64,000 nt of DNA from Sphaerodactylus townsendi (taxonomy: Eukaryota), in NCBI RefSeq assembly GCF_021028975.2, contig NC_059425.1, positions 16,182,001 to 16,246,000 of the forward strand, written 5' to 3'. This document shows positions 1 to 11,601 of this stretch, one piece after another (position 1 is the first letter of the stretch; each line of letters begins with the position of its first letter). The translations under genes and the position numbers were made by a program. The notes under the pieces were generated by a model that had not been told where the DNA came from, searched no databases, and was given only the letters and a program-made list of their open reading frames with translations.

Positions 1-169
1 ACCATTTGGCAATGCTTATACTGTCCATTGATGCTGGTCAGCCCATCCAGAAACTTTCCTCATTGGCTGAGCTTGCAGACCTCTCTGAATTGTATTCTTG
101 ACCTTCAAAGGTTGAAGATGGTGATGAAACACAATATATTTTTACAAGCTTAATGCTTCTTCCTCTCAG

Positions 170-294
170 TTGCTGGAAACAAAAGAAAGATTTCACCACT
201 CTGGTGAAATGCTCTCCTGGCTGCGGAATACGTATCGATCTTTTCCTTATTTGAACTTCCTCACCCCGGATGAAAAATGCATTCATTGTACCAG
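170..294 (+). other. Candidate internal coding exon of an unidentified upstream gene (LLETKERFHHSGEMLSWLRNTYRSFPYLNFLTPDEKCIHCT)
   Basis: Pyrimidine tract and acceptor cttcttcctctcag|TTG, donor AG|gtaacc, and one open frame across 125 bp. No protein family recognised. Confidence 0.25.
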
Positions 295-1063
295 GTAACC
301 CAAACTTCTTGCTTGGTGACACTGGCAACAGCTTTATTGTTTCTGGTATTGACGTCAAGCTAACTTCCCCAATACACAGCCAGGGGATCACTGACCTCAT
401 GAAGTGGTTCTTCCTGTGGTGTAGGAGATGTGTGGCATAGGGGGTGAAAGGTTGAGTTAGGATCCGGAAGCCCTGAGTTCAGATCCCCACTCAGCCATGA
501 AGTTCTCTTGGACAGTCCACTTTTCTTGAGAGGATTGGACAGAATGGAAAGCCAAGAAAATGTTGCCTGGAGAGGTTGGTTGTTTGAGACACAGGAACAC
601 ATGAAGCTGTCTTATTCTCAGCCAGACCCTTGGCCAATAATGTCTGCTCAGACTGGCAGCTGCTCTCCAGGCTCTCAGATGGGAAGCCTTCTCATCTCTT
701 GATCCTTAACTAGAGGGGTTCTGGCTCCAAGCTATGAATATGAGAATGAAGTTTCTCTCTTCCATAGAGAGCTCTGGGCTATCAGTGGCACTATGGCCAG
801 GCCATTATGAGAATGGATGGCTCCAGGCAACAGATGGAAAAATAAGAATGTTAGGAGTAGAAATGGAACCCTGCAGCTATCTCCTTGGAAAAGCGAGTGA
901 TAGAGTTAGACAGGATAAGGACATCCCCCAAAGCATGCAGGGTTCGTTCATTATTTTCAGTGGGTCTCCGAATGCCCTTCCAGCCCATTTGAAATATTTA
1001 ACAATCCCCACCTATGGCCAAACCTTTTTACAAGCCAGGATGAATGTGCTCCCCTCAGCCACT

Positions 1064-1152
1064 TTATTTATTTATTTATTTATTTATTCATTCATTCATT
1101 CATTCATTCATTCATTCATTCATTCATTCATTCATTCATTCATTCATTCATT
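1064..1152. repeat. (TTTA)n(TTCA)n microsatellite, probably the tail of a minus-strand L2-type element
   Basis: Direct repeat followed by cgatttctataccaccgc, which resembles the L2 3' end at 20817-20890. Confidence 0.85.
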
Positions 1153-1604
1153 CTTTCGATTTCTATACCACCGCATCCCCGAGGACAGACATTGCAGAAG
1201 TGGATGGAGAGAGCTTGAGACACTGGATTGAGACACTGGATAATCCCATCTTGTTTTGCCCATTGTATAATCTATATGGAGCAAAATGCTCCATTTCCAA
1301 TCCTGAGAGATTTAGGATTTGTTGATACAACTAAGTTGGTACCCTTTAAACTAAAAAGTTGAGGATCCAAGGAGCCAGGATGGAATTCTTCTCAGTGGTG
1401 ATTACTTGGAAGAAAAAGAAGAATTTTTAAAGATGGAATTAAGAAAATGTATAGGGTTAGTCTCAAATTTAGAAATAAAATTGAATTTAAAATACATGGA
1501 CGTATATACTAGTAGTAGTTAAGAATTAACTAACTTGAGATCTTGGGTCAAGTGAGTCCACCACTAAAGATAATGGTGGACTCTCCATTATCTTTAATGG
1601 TGGA

Positions 1605-1890
1605 GTGGAGTAGTGGTTAAGAGCGGGGAGACTCTAATCTGGAGAATTGGGTTTGATTTCCCACACCTCCACCTGAGCAATAGACTCTTATTTGAGGAAC
1701 TGGATTTGCTTCCCTGCTCCTCCACATGGAGCCTGATGGGTGACCTTCGGCTAGTCCTGGTTCTTCATAATGTTCTCAGCCCCACCTAATTCACAAGGTG
1801 TCTGTTGTGGGGAGAAAAAGAGAGGGAGTTTGTAAGCCCCTTTGAGTCTCCTTACAGAAGAGAAGGGAGATATACATCCAAACATTTCTC
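1605..1890 (+). mobile_element. tRNA-derived SINE (Squam3-like)
   Basis: A-box-like tagtggttaagagc, B-box-like ggtttgatttccc, and body cagccccaccta..tcacaaggtgtctgttgtgggg shared with more than 10 copies in the window. Confidence 0.85.
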
Positions 1891-2382
1891 CATAGTTAGA
1901 GATGACAAGGATTGAACGTGAGACTTTCTCCATGCCAACGAAACACACTACTACAGAGCTACATCTTCTCCCCTGAGGAGGAAACATGTAATAGAAAACC
2001 AGGGTATCACAGTCCCGTCCCTGTGTTCATCTGTGAAATGTCTGTGGGTTTGCATTCCTTCATCAATGACCTGAAAGAATTCTGGAAGTCCAGAGGGGAA
2101 AAGAGAGATTTGTGTTTGTGCCTGAAGGCGTTAAAAAAAATATCAATTGGCCATTGAGACCACTCAGGGATTGTGAAGAGCATTCTCAGTGATTTCCTGG
2201 GTAATTCCCCTGGGCATCGGGTGCCTGGAAATTCTTGTCCTGCCCTTTTGGACTGCAGAATAAATTCTGCGGAGAAGCTGCTGAGCTCTCGCAGTTGCAG
2301 AAGTGATTCACCCAGGAAAGAAGCCTAGATCCAGCTGAACCTGTCGAGTCCTTCCTTCCTGTGTTTTCTGCATTCACCCACC

Positions 2383-2446
2383 ATGGCGATCCTGCACGCC
2401 CTTCTCATCATCCTTGTGGGCTCACTGGGGACTCTGGCTTTGCAAG
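2383..2446 (+). CDS. PTX-A exon 1, signal peptide MAILHALLIILVGSLGTLALQ
   Basis: Strong Kozak ccaccATGG, 21 mostly hydrophobic codons plus 1 nt, donor G|gtaggt. Same 64-bp phase-1 architecture as the other genes and as CRP/APCS. Confidence 0.9.
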
Positions 2447-2733
2447 GTAGGTGCTGGTTTGGGCTATAGGAACAAATGAAGCCCAGAAGAGCCAAAGAGG
2501 TGTAGATTGCAACGGGGTGTGTGTGGGGGCGTTGTTCCTAAGGAGGTGTACAGAAAGAACAGAGGTGGAGATTCCCTAGCATCGTGTCTAGACTCTAGGA
2601 GTAAAAATCTGCACCTGAGGGAAAGTTGTGCTTGAAAATTCCTGTTCCCCTCTGATATGAGGCTCCAGCTGATCCACTGAAATTGCCCAATCACAATCGG
2701 TACTGGTTCATCTTGTGGAGAAATGCTTTAGAC

Positions 2734-3244
2734 CAGTGGTGGCGAACCTATGGCACGGGTGCCAGAGGTGGCACTCAGAGCCCTCTCTGTGCGCACGCGC
2801 AAACAGAGTCACCCCCCCTCACATCTAGGCTGGCATGGGCTGCTGGGCTCGATTATTAGCATTAAACCTAAGATCGAGTTTTGGGGAAGCAGTCTAGGTA
2901 ACCCTGTTAAGTGCTGTTAAACCCCGCTGATTTTCATGCAAAGTACTAAAGCGCAATCCTTTACCTGGGAGTAAGCTCAGTTGCTGGCAATGGAGCTTGC
3001 TTCTGAGTAAACCCTCCTAGGGTCGTGATTCACCCGTTGGAAGAGTTGCACGGTTGCTTCAAAGCAAAGCCATCGACTACCACCGAGCTTACTCCCTAGT
3101 AACGCACGCCTTGGAGCCAACCATTTTTTTCTAAACTAAAACCTCAGTATTCAGGTTAAATTGCTGTGTTGGCACTTTGCGATAAATAAGTGGGTTTTGG
3201 GTTGCAATTTGGGCACTTGGTCTCGAAAAGGTTCACCATCACTG
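2734..3244. mobile_element. Non-autonomous hAT (Charlie-type) DNA transposon in the PTX-A intron
   Basis: TIRs cagtggtggcgaacct / aggttcaccatcactg and perfect 8-bp TSD CTTTAGAC (2726-2733, 3245-3252). Confidence 0.9.
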
Positions 3245-3454
3245 CTTTAGACTGTCTCAGATAAAGATGTTAGTAAGATCAGTTGAGGGGCAGCGGTCAA
3301 GGATATTGTGCGCTTCCACATTATAATATAGTCCCGAACAAATTTGAACATTATCATCCATTTCTATGTGGTGCCTTTGTCAAAACCATTGTTGTGTGCA
3401 TTACTGAGCATGGTACTTTGATACAAGAGCGTGAATGCCAAACTTTATTTTTAC

Positions 3455-3700
3455 TTTCAAGCAGATGTGGCTTTGGTCTGGTATTTTTTGCTCCTAACAT
3501 TTTGCCCGCGTCTATAGTTGGCATCTTCAAAGGCGTGTCATGGCAAGATGTAATAAAAACACACATTTCACAGTGACTTGCCGCTGAAGATGGAAGCCAT
3601 AAATGCGGGCAAAACACGAGGAGCAAAAACTTCTAGACCACAGCCACACAGCCTGGAAAACCCATAACAAAGTTCATTCTGGCTGTGAAAACCTGCGACA
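3455..3700. mobile_element. Inverted pair of Penelope-like pseudo-LTRs (degenerate hammerhead motifs) in the PTX-A intron
   Basis: ttttgctcctaacat..ggcatcttca arm facing a ctgaagatg..ggagcaaaaact..cctggaaaaccc..gtgaaaacctgcgaca arm. Confidence 0.7.
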
Positions 3701-4344
3701 TTATATCTTAATGTTATTCTGATAAATACACAAGCATGTCCCGCTTTTAAAATTTCTAGAGTACTATAGCTTTCCAACCATTTTCAGAGAACCAAACTTC
3801 TAAACATGACCAAGATTAGAGATCACATACCTGCTCCTTTTACAACTAAACTTCATTCAGGTGTATTGTTGAAGATTTTCATGGCTGGAATCACTAGGAT
3901 GTTGCGGGTTTTCCGGGTTGTATGGCCATGTTCCAGTAGTCTTTTCTCCAGATTAGAGTCTTAACCTGTCCTGGACTGCCAGTCTCACAGAGCGTTGGGT
4001 TCCAGCTGATAGGAGGCACAGATGCAAGAAAGGGATGTAAGAGAGCAGTCTTACTCTGAGTCCAGAGAAAAAGTCATAGCAGGTCTGTTAAGAGGCAGTG
4101 AAGGGTCTAAGAGAGGTTAGGTCAGGCAATGACTGGGGGGGGGGGCGGCTGTAGGCAGGAGGGCACCTGGAGGAGATATTGCCCCTGGGTGCCATTTCCT
4201 TTCATACATTTCTGGTCATACACCACAGTCCCGGTTTGGCTATGGCGCCACCAGGTAGGCTGTGCAAACAAAAATAGTCTTGCAAAAAATAGCATTGCGA
4301 CACTGCGTGCTATGTGTATCATGATCCCTGATTGCCTGAGACTA

Positions 4345-4558
4345 CATCTATGGCTACCAATCTTGATCCTCCTTGATCTCAGATTGCAAATGCCTTAGCA
4401 GACCAGGTGCTCGGGAGCAGCAGCAGAAGGCCACTGCTTTCACCTCCTGCAAGTGAGCTCCCAAAGGCACCTGGTGGGCCACTGCGAGTAGCAGAGTGCT
4501 GGACTAGATGGACTCTGGTCTGATCCAGCAGGCTCGTTCTTATGTTCTTATGTTCTTA
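4345..4558 (+). mobile_element. CR1 LINE 3' fragment
   Basis: tatggctaccaatcttga (YGYQS*) plus a 3' UTR closely matching the larger CR1 copies, and (TTCTTATG)n tail. Confidence 0.9.
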
Positions 4559-4952
4559 CATTGTGATGAAGCAGAACCCATCACAATGAGCAAAAATGGC
4601 TCTGAAGCATCTGCACAGTACATTAACAGGCCCAAGAACAAAACAGGTTTGATGGGAGTCTTTCCATGAACATTTTGGTCCCCCTCCAAAAGCTGTCATT
4701 TGGAGCTGAAAAATGTTCACTTGCAAACACTTGTCTGTATTAAAAAGGATCCCTGATTGGCTGGCCCGTGCAAGCGGCCGCCTTGATCTGCAGTGTTCTA
4801 CACTGTGTCTCTATGAACTGGAACAAAGTATCTGCCTCACACGCTTGCAAGTGCCAGACAATCGGGGATCCTTCTCAAAGGCAGTCAGCCGGTCTCAGAA
4901 CCAGCTAACTTGACGATGCATGGAAACTATTATTTTCTGGCTTCTTTTACAG

Positions 4953-5587
4953 ACCTTGAAAGGAAGATCTTGATTTTCCCAGAAGCAACCAACACAGCTC
5001 ATGTTGTTTTGAGGGCTACGAGTCAGCAGTCTTTGACCAGCTTCACTGTGTGCCTCAAATCCTACACAGACCTGAGCCGTGCCTACAGCCTTTTCTCTTA
5101 CGCCACCAGAAAGTCTGACAACGAGTTCCTTATCTTCAAACCCAAACCCAACCAATACAACTTGTATGTGGGGGGATCCATCGTGACCTACAGTGTAGCA
5201 GACAATCGAGTCCCCAAACCACAGTGGGAGCATATTTGCATGAGTTGGGAGTCTGCCACAGGAATAGTGCAGTTTTGGTTGAATGGGGAAAGCTTGCCCC
5301 GCAAGGGTATGAAGAAAGGTTATACTATTGGTTCTGAAGCTTCAATCATACTCGGGCAGGAGCAGGATTCCTTTGGAGGTGGCTTTGACATCAACCAATC
5401 CTTTGTAGGCGAGATTGCAGACCTGTATTTGTGGGGTCGAGTGCTTTCACCGGAAGAACTGGTCCTCGTTGGCAACGGTGGTCACCTTTCTGACTACTTG
5501 ATCGATTGGCGATCCCTTAATTACGAAATCAAAGGCTATGTGGTGGTTAAGCCCTCCCTGTTTCACTCCTACAGAACCCCCATGTAA
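4953..5587 (+). CDS. PTX-A exon 2, short pentraxin (CRP/SAP/mucosal-pentraxin-like) domain; spliced product 232 aa
   Basis: Acceptor cttttacag|AC, signature HICMSWES, FTVC cysteine, DNE motif and LGQEQDSFGGGFDINQSFVG Ca2+ loop. Open to TAA. Confidence 0.96.
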
Positions 5588-5801
5588 CTCTGCAAAACAC
5601 AGAGAACAAGGTGGGGGGAGGGGAGGATCATAATTACCATAACTAATGTTTCTGCATGGTAATGAGACGGCATTTCTAAGGCTATTTTCCTGGGAGTTAA
5701 GTCCCGCAGAATACCACAGGACTTACTTCTGAGTTGACCCGCTGTGGCTTGCTCTTTTAGTCCTCGATCTGTTTGTTCAAACACATAAACCTGTCTTCTT
5801 C

Positions 5802-5807
5802 AATAAA
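5802..5807 (+). terminator. Polyadenylation signal of PTX-A
   Basis: AATAAA about 215 bp after the stop, followed by a T/GT-rich tract. Confidence 0.7.
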
Positions 5808-6437
5808 ATATTTCATGTTCTCCCTGTGTTCTGCCTTTCCTTGACATCTTCAACAGTCCAGGCAGGAAGGAGAGATGTAGAATTCCTCCTGAGTCAGTCA
5901 ACAGGCCAGACAGGGAAGACTGTGTTTTGTTGGTTTTGTGGTAGTCTTTCCTATGAGCAAAAACTACCAGACTAAAGTCACACAGCCTGGAAAACCCACA
6001 ACACCTAGTTGATTCAGGCTGTGAAAGCCTTCGACTGTATAGAAAGGGAAGATTTTTGCCTTAGATCTCCTTAAGGCAGGGGACACATTTTGCACAAGGA
6101 GAAGGGCTGCATTTTAGAGGGCTTCCACACTTGCATATAATTACTCTGAGCTCCAAGAGACAGGTGTGATATTCCGTTGCTCCATTATCCCCATAACCCT
6201 GCAGGTTGACCATCTGTTCTCCCCAAGGTGTCCTGTACCCATCCCTGCTTAAATGAGGCAGGAGGAAATGAAGAGGGAGGGACATTGATGTCAGAATGCC
6301 CTAGGAATCCTCCAAAGCTCTATGGCAAAACTGTGGAGTTTGGGGGAGTTCCTAGAGTACCCTGACATCAATTGATACTTTTTGTTTGTTTAATTTCTAG
6401 GCTGCCCTTCTCTAGACATGTCAGGACAACTTACAAC

Positions 6438-6840
6438 CAGAGGCGTATGGATGGGAAATGGTGCGTGGAGACAACCCCTTCTCCTAGTCCCCCCCCCCCA
6501 GCCTCTGTGCAGGCCGGAAGGGCCTGGGAAGGCTGGCACGGAGGCCGGGGGCGGGGCTCAAGGGGCGGGCTGCCCACTGCCAAGCTCCACCCCCAACCTT
6601 CATGCAGGCTAAACCCTGCTCCCACCCCCAGCCTCCGTGCAGGCTCGGTGGCAGGCTGGCAGGGCCTGGGGAGGGGCTGGGGAGGGCTGCATGGAGCCTG
6701 GGGGTGGGGCTCCACCATGGCAGGCAGCCTAGGAGGGCGCCATGGCTGCCCACCTCTGACCCCTGCTCTTTCCCTACCTCCCTGCAGTTGACTTAAAGGC
6801 ATGCGCCCGGGGACATGTCCCTATAGGCCATACGCCTCTG
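6438..6840. mobile_element. GC-rich non-autonomous hAT element
   Basis: TIRs cagaggcgtatgg / ccatacgcctctg and perfect 8-bp TSD CTTACAAC. Confidence 0.9.
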
Positions 6841-7657
6841 CTTACAACCATATAATAAGTGAAAAAAAATCAATAAAACCATCACTTCAGTCCCGTTTTA
6901 AAATTTGACGGCTAAAACAACCAATGACCCCCAATACCAACATATATCCACAAGACAGTATAATGAAGGAAGCCAAGGGGAAAATGGAAGGGGAAGGAAG
7001 GGGAAAGCCTTGCTTGCCCTCAACCATAGGCCTGGTGGAACAGCAATTACAAATCTGTAAATGTCTCAGAAGACACCATATATTACAATAATACATATTG
7101 GTTCATGCATGGAGGAGAAAAGATTGGGAATGGTATGGAAGAGTCGTGAAGCGGTAGACTGACTTCTGCAACTTCAGACTGCTAGAGGTGCATTTTCAGT
7201 TTTATTTGGAGATGCCAGCAAGTGAACCTGGAACTTTTGGCATGCGAAGCAGAAGCGCTATCAGTGAGCCATGACCCTTTGCCATTTACTCAGGTCTCCT
7301 CTATTTGATTCCTCTGAGGAGTGTGAATTGCAAGAAATACTGCAAAATACTTCAAAACACAGCCCTGTGAGTCAGAAATTCCGGCCTATGAAGGGATAAT
7401 TTACCACCATTAGGACAAACCACAAATAAGTACCTGTTGAAGGCGGGACTGAAGCATTTGTTTATAAGGCTCTGACAACACCATCCACTGACCATTGCTG
7501 ACAATTTTATCTGAGGTACTTTGGAATTGATGAATCATTTGCTTTAGAAATATTTCCTCCATTCAACATAAATATTCATAAAGAATCCAGCTGCATGAGG
7601 CCGAGGGTCCACTATTTTCAGCTCAGTATTTTCTCTCAGTGGCCAAACAGATGCAAC

Positions 7658-7794
7658 CAGTTGGTGGGATTCAGCCGGTTCGCACCACTTCGGCAGAACC
7701 AGTTGTTAAAATGGTGCTTGTGAACAACCAGTTGTTAAATTATTTGCATCCCACCACCGGAACCAGTTGTTAAATTATTTGAATCCCACCACTG
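7658..7794. mobile_element. hAT MITE (cagtggtgggattca family)
   Basis: TIRs and 8-bp TSD gatgcaac/gatgcatc. Second copy at 26589-26724. Confidence 0.85.
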
Positions 7795-8394
7795 GATGCA
7801 TCCCCAGAAGGACATGGAGATCAATACCTTCCTCTATTGTGCACCCCAAGTAAATGTTAAAGTGAGATATAGTGACCTTGAACATGGAGATTCCACATAG
7901 CTAGGATGACTGATAGCCATAAGTGGAATTATGTTCCGTGGAAATCTTAATTATTAATTGAGACCTTGGCTTTTGTGGTCTCAAACAGTGTTAAGAAACG
8001 ACAAGCAAATTCCCCCATCCATCTTTGCACCCACTGAAGGAAGGCCCACACACCCTTTAGTTCTAGGTCCTTGCCCCGCTCAAGGAATTTTGGGGGTTGG
8101 AGATTTGTAAATGAGGGTTGTCAATTCCATAGCGAGAAATTCCAGGGGATTTTGGATGGAGCCTAGTAAAGCGGGGTTGGGGATGAGAGGGACCTCAATG
8201 GGATATAATACCATAAAGTCCACCACTCAAAGCAGCCATTTCTTCAGGAGAACTGGAGGTTGGCATCCCTACTGCATGTTGTTATCTCTGGTTTGAGATT
8301 CCTTTGAATTACAACAGAGTGCACAGTGGCAAACCACGGGGCACAAAAGAAAGTCCTAAAGCCAGGCTGTAGTTTCCAACAAGGACTGATTGTC

Positions 8395-8580
8395 GTGAGT
8401 GATTGTAGGTTGGCAGTTTTTGCCCCTAACGTTTCGCTGGCATCTTCAGAGACCTGTCACAGTAAGATGCGTTTCTGTCCAACATGACATGCTCTGAAGA
8501 TGCCAGTCACAGATGTGGGTGAAACGCTAGGAGCAAAAGTTACCAGACCATGGCCACCCAGCCCGGAAAACTCAAAACAG
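8395..8580. mobile_element. Inverted pair of Penelope-like pseudo-LTRs
   Basis: ctaacgtttcgctggcatcttcaga arm facing a ctctgaagatgcc..gtgaaacgctaggagcaaaag arm. Confidence 0.7.
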
Positions 8581-9003
8581 CCAAATTTTTATCCTTGAGG
8601 CAACTCCGTAACAATCTTAGGAACCCCACAGTGTAACTGTGAGCTCCTTCAGGAAATTCCAGTTCTGAGCCAGCTTTCCCCACAATCTCAGCTCTGAGAC
8701 TGGTACAGTCTTTTTTTAAAGCATTCACTAAATTAGCCTGTTTTCCCAGAAGTTAGACTCCGAGTCTCACTGGAGGTAAGTGTCTGGAGATACAAACACT
8801 ATCTGTCCCCGAAATGACAGTTTAACAGATTTCTTCTCCATTCCCCCTTCCCATTTGACCTCTCCGGATGTATTTCTCTCCATAGCTGAAGATGTCAGCC
8901 ATAGATACAGGCAAAACGTCAGGAGCAAAAACTACCAGACTACAGCTACACAGTCCAGAAAACCCACAACAACCAGTTGATTCCAGCTATGAAAGCCTTC
9001 TAT

Positions 9004-9181
9004 CAGTGGCGTACCGCCAAGGGGGCAGCCGTGGGTGGGCGCACGACGCACCGGACGTGCACCCCTGCAGGAGCATGGCGTGGCGGGATGGGGCAGGACA
9101 GGGGTGTGGCAGAGCGGGGGCATGATAGGGGCACGGGGCGCGACCGTGCACTGGGCCCAGTTCCTCCTTGCTCCGCCCCTG
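9004..9181. mobile_element. GC-rich hAT MITE nested in a Penelope pseudo-LTR (8886-9192)
   Basis: cagtggcgtacc..ctccgcccctg with TSD ccttctat/ccttcgat, splitting the gaaagccttcgata end of the pseudo-LTR. Confidence 0.8.
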
Positions 9182-11285
9182 CCTTCGATAATGTAAGAAG
9201 TCTCTCTTAGAGAACTCCATTCTAGATAGGAAAATGAAGCCACAGGTTTTCTCAAAATCTAACTAGCTGGATGGAAAGATGCTGCCCGCATCTCCCCCCT
9301 CACGCTGCAAGATGGACAAGTGTGCAGGCGTGAAGAAGTGTGGTGTGAGAAGAAGCAGGAAGGAAGTTTCCCTGAGAGTAGAAATTGACACACGAGGGAG
9401 AGCAGCAGAGAAAGGGAGCCCAATGTCTTGACCCTTCTCTCTGACACTCCAGTTAAGTCCCCTTTGAGGCAGGAGACAGCGCACAGTTCTTCATTTCCAA
9501 CACTGCAAACATATTGAGGAATAATTTGGACAACCATTAGGTGCCCATTCCATTCTAAGAGTTCCAGGGAGAATCTTCTGGAGTGCATCATGGCCCAAGG
9601 AATAGCAGTGGTGTGGTATCTTGAAGACTAAACACATTATCTCAGCAGCAGATTTTGAGGGTTAGGACCTGCTTGAAAGAAGGGGGATCTTGTCCATGGA
9701 AGCTCATGCAGGAACAAAAGGTTGTGAGTCTATAAGGTCCCATTAGACTCCTGTTTATTTTGCATCCTTGCAAAATGTTCTACCCACCATCAATCTGTGA
9801 TTTAGTGGCCCAACACGTTATGCATTCTCGGTTCATTCCCGGTTCATTCTCAGGCATCTTTGGTTCAGTGATCTCGGTTTACAGGGTGCTGGAGAAGATC
9901 TTTCTCTGCTGAAAGCCCTGGAGAGCTCTCGGATTCACCTTGAATGAGATGGACCACTGATCTGAGTTTGTGGCCCCGTTCACATGTTACAATGAATGCA
10001 TTTACATTCTGCATGTAACTCTGTTTGCAAGAAAGAGCCAACGTGCACTTGAAAAAACAAGGAGTTTCAGCAAAAAACTGTGGTATTGCAAGAAACTTAC
10101 AAGGAACTGTGGTATTTCAGCAAAAACTATGGCAAAAAAATGGCTTCCACCATAGAGTTTTTGGCCAAATCCCAGAATGTCACTGAGGTAATGATGTCAG
10201 TGTATTGATGTTGTTGTTTCTGATGCACACCAGAAGAGATGTCATCGTATTACCTGCATGGGTTGCCTAGGGCTCATTCCTGCTAAGTTCCCCCCTCACC
10301 GGTTACCAAGGAGGACCTGGAAAACCTAGACTTCACCAGCCCACTCCACCCTAACTCTCCAAATATACCAGCCAACTCTACCTCCTATGGTAGTTCAGCC
10401 ACCATCCAATCGTAACATCTGTCACTTACCCATCCAGCGTCCGACTTTCTTAACTTAGATTTCAAAGCGTGATAAACATATGTAAAAAAAAAAACCCCGC
10501 ACATTAATTCTCAGAAATAAAACACACTCAAAATATTTCCATAGCAAAACATTGCAGTGCATTGCCTAGCTTTTCTTTTATTGATATAAATGGCTGAAAG
10601 CAGGAATTGGAAATGTATCTTGTGGGCTGTTTTATTTTATCACAAATATTTGTTTGCACATTTGATTAAATAAAGTTTATTTTGGCCTCCAGCCTAGACA
10701 ACCAAACAGAACGAATTTTGTTTCCTCGTTTATGCCTGGAATTAACCCTCAGTCCTGAGGGGAAATGGTGATATCCCTCCCTCCAGTATCTCTGCTCTTC
10801 TAAGCTGATCAGATGCTGCTCAAGATTTATCAAGTTTTTAAAAGCAAACAATATCCAAAAGGGCAAGATTTCTCACAATGAAATCAATGCTTTCACTGAA
10901 GGACGGCAACGAAAGGTCTATTTGAAAAGACGGTCCCCTATTAATTCAAGAAAAGATCATAAAATGTCCTGGAGTGCACAGGTTATGAATTCACTGGTTT
11001 AAATAAAAAGTACTAAGACTAAAGACAAAAAAAATATTTATATGCACACCCATCATCCAGTAAAGCCAAAAAGGTACTCAACTAGAGTTAAATCCCGATC
11101 TAGATATTGATTGGTTTGGAAAAGGATTTAACTAGGAATGTTCCAGCTGTTTCACGGTCTTTGGACAACTGTTTGAGAATTTAATAACCCCCCTTGTAAT
11201 TATACACGTGCCTGCTCATTTGAGAGTATTCACCCAGAACCATCCTGGTATGCACAGGTAATTGATTCCAGTTATCCCCTATCAC

Positions 11286-11601
11286 TGCCAAAAGCGCGAT
11301 TCACCGGTACATTGATGGTATGGCAACCTTTGGAGTGTATCCCACAGTCCGGCGATGGGTTCAGAATGCATCACGGGCTAAGACTTTTATCTTTGCGCGG
11401 GAGATGAAGCCTCTGTTCCCATGGGAAGCAGGAAGGGGGGATGGGGTGCCTGGTATTATAACCTGGTGCTTCTGGCATGGGGAAAGTGGTCATTCCACTG
11501 CCACTCGCGTACTTTGCCAGGCTTTCTAAGATGTCTTTAATAAATGCAGACTTTTACTACCAGAAGCCTTTTATTTCAAGCGCCTATGGAATTCCCTTAC
11601 A
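11286..11601 (+). repeat. 5' LTR of the Gypsy element
   Basis: TG..CA termini, TATA-like tattataa, AATAAA. Direct repeat of 17625-17935. Confidence 0.88.

Noticed and set aside
38-400. 120-aa minus-strand ORF
   Set aside because: No recognisable motif, and the plus-strand exon reading has better splice support.
1557-1604. 20-bp hairpin tccacca(c/t)taaagataatgg
   Set aside because: It sits at the 5' junction of a SINE and is most simply an insertion-associated fold-back, with no evidence for a miRNA.
1605-1670. A-box and B-box tRNA-like heads here and in other copies
   Set aside because: They continue into SINE bodies and do not form a tRNA cloverleaf.
4910-4952. ORF-track N-terminus MTMHGNYYFLASFT of the pentraxin ORF, and the MVFPEAS starts given for C-F
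   Set aside because: These are intronic read-through or internal non-ATG codons. The real starts are in the separate signal-peptide exons.
6372-6802. Overlapping GC-rich ORFs (also 8892-9255, 24071-25227, 26036-26649, 28906-29369)
   Set aside because: They lie inside non-autonomous DNA transposons with TIRs, and the ORFs reflect stop-codon scarcity.
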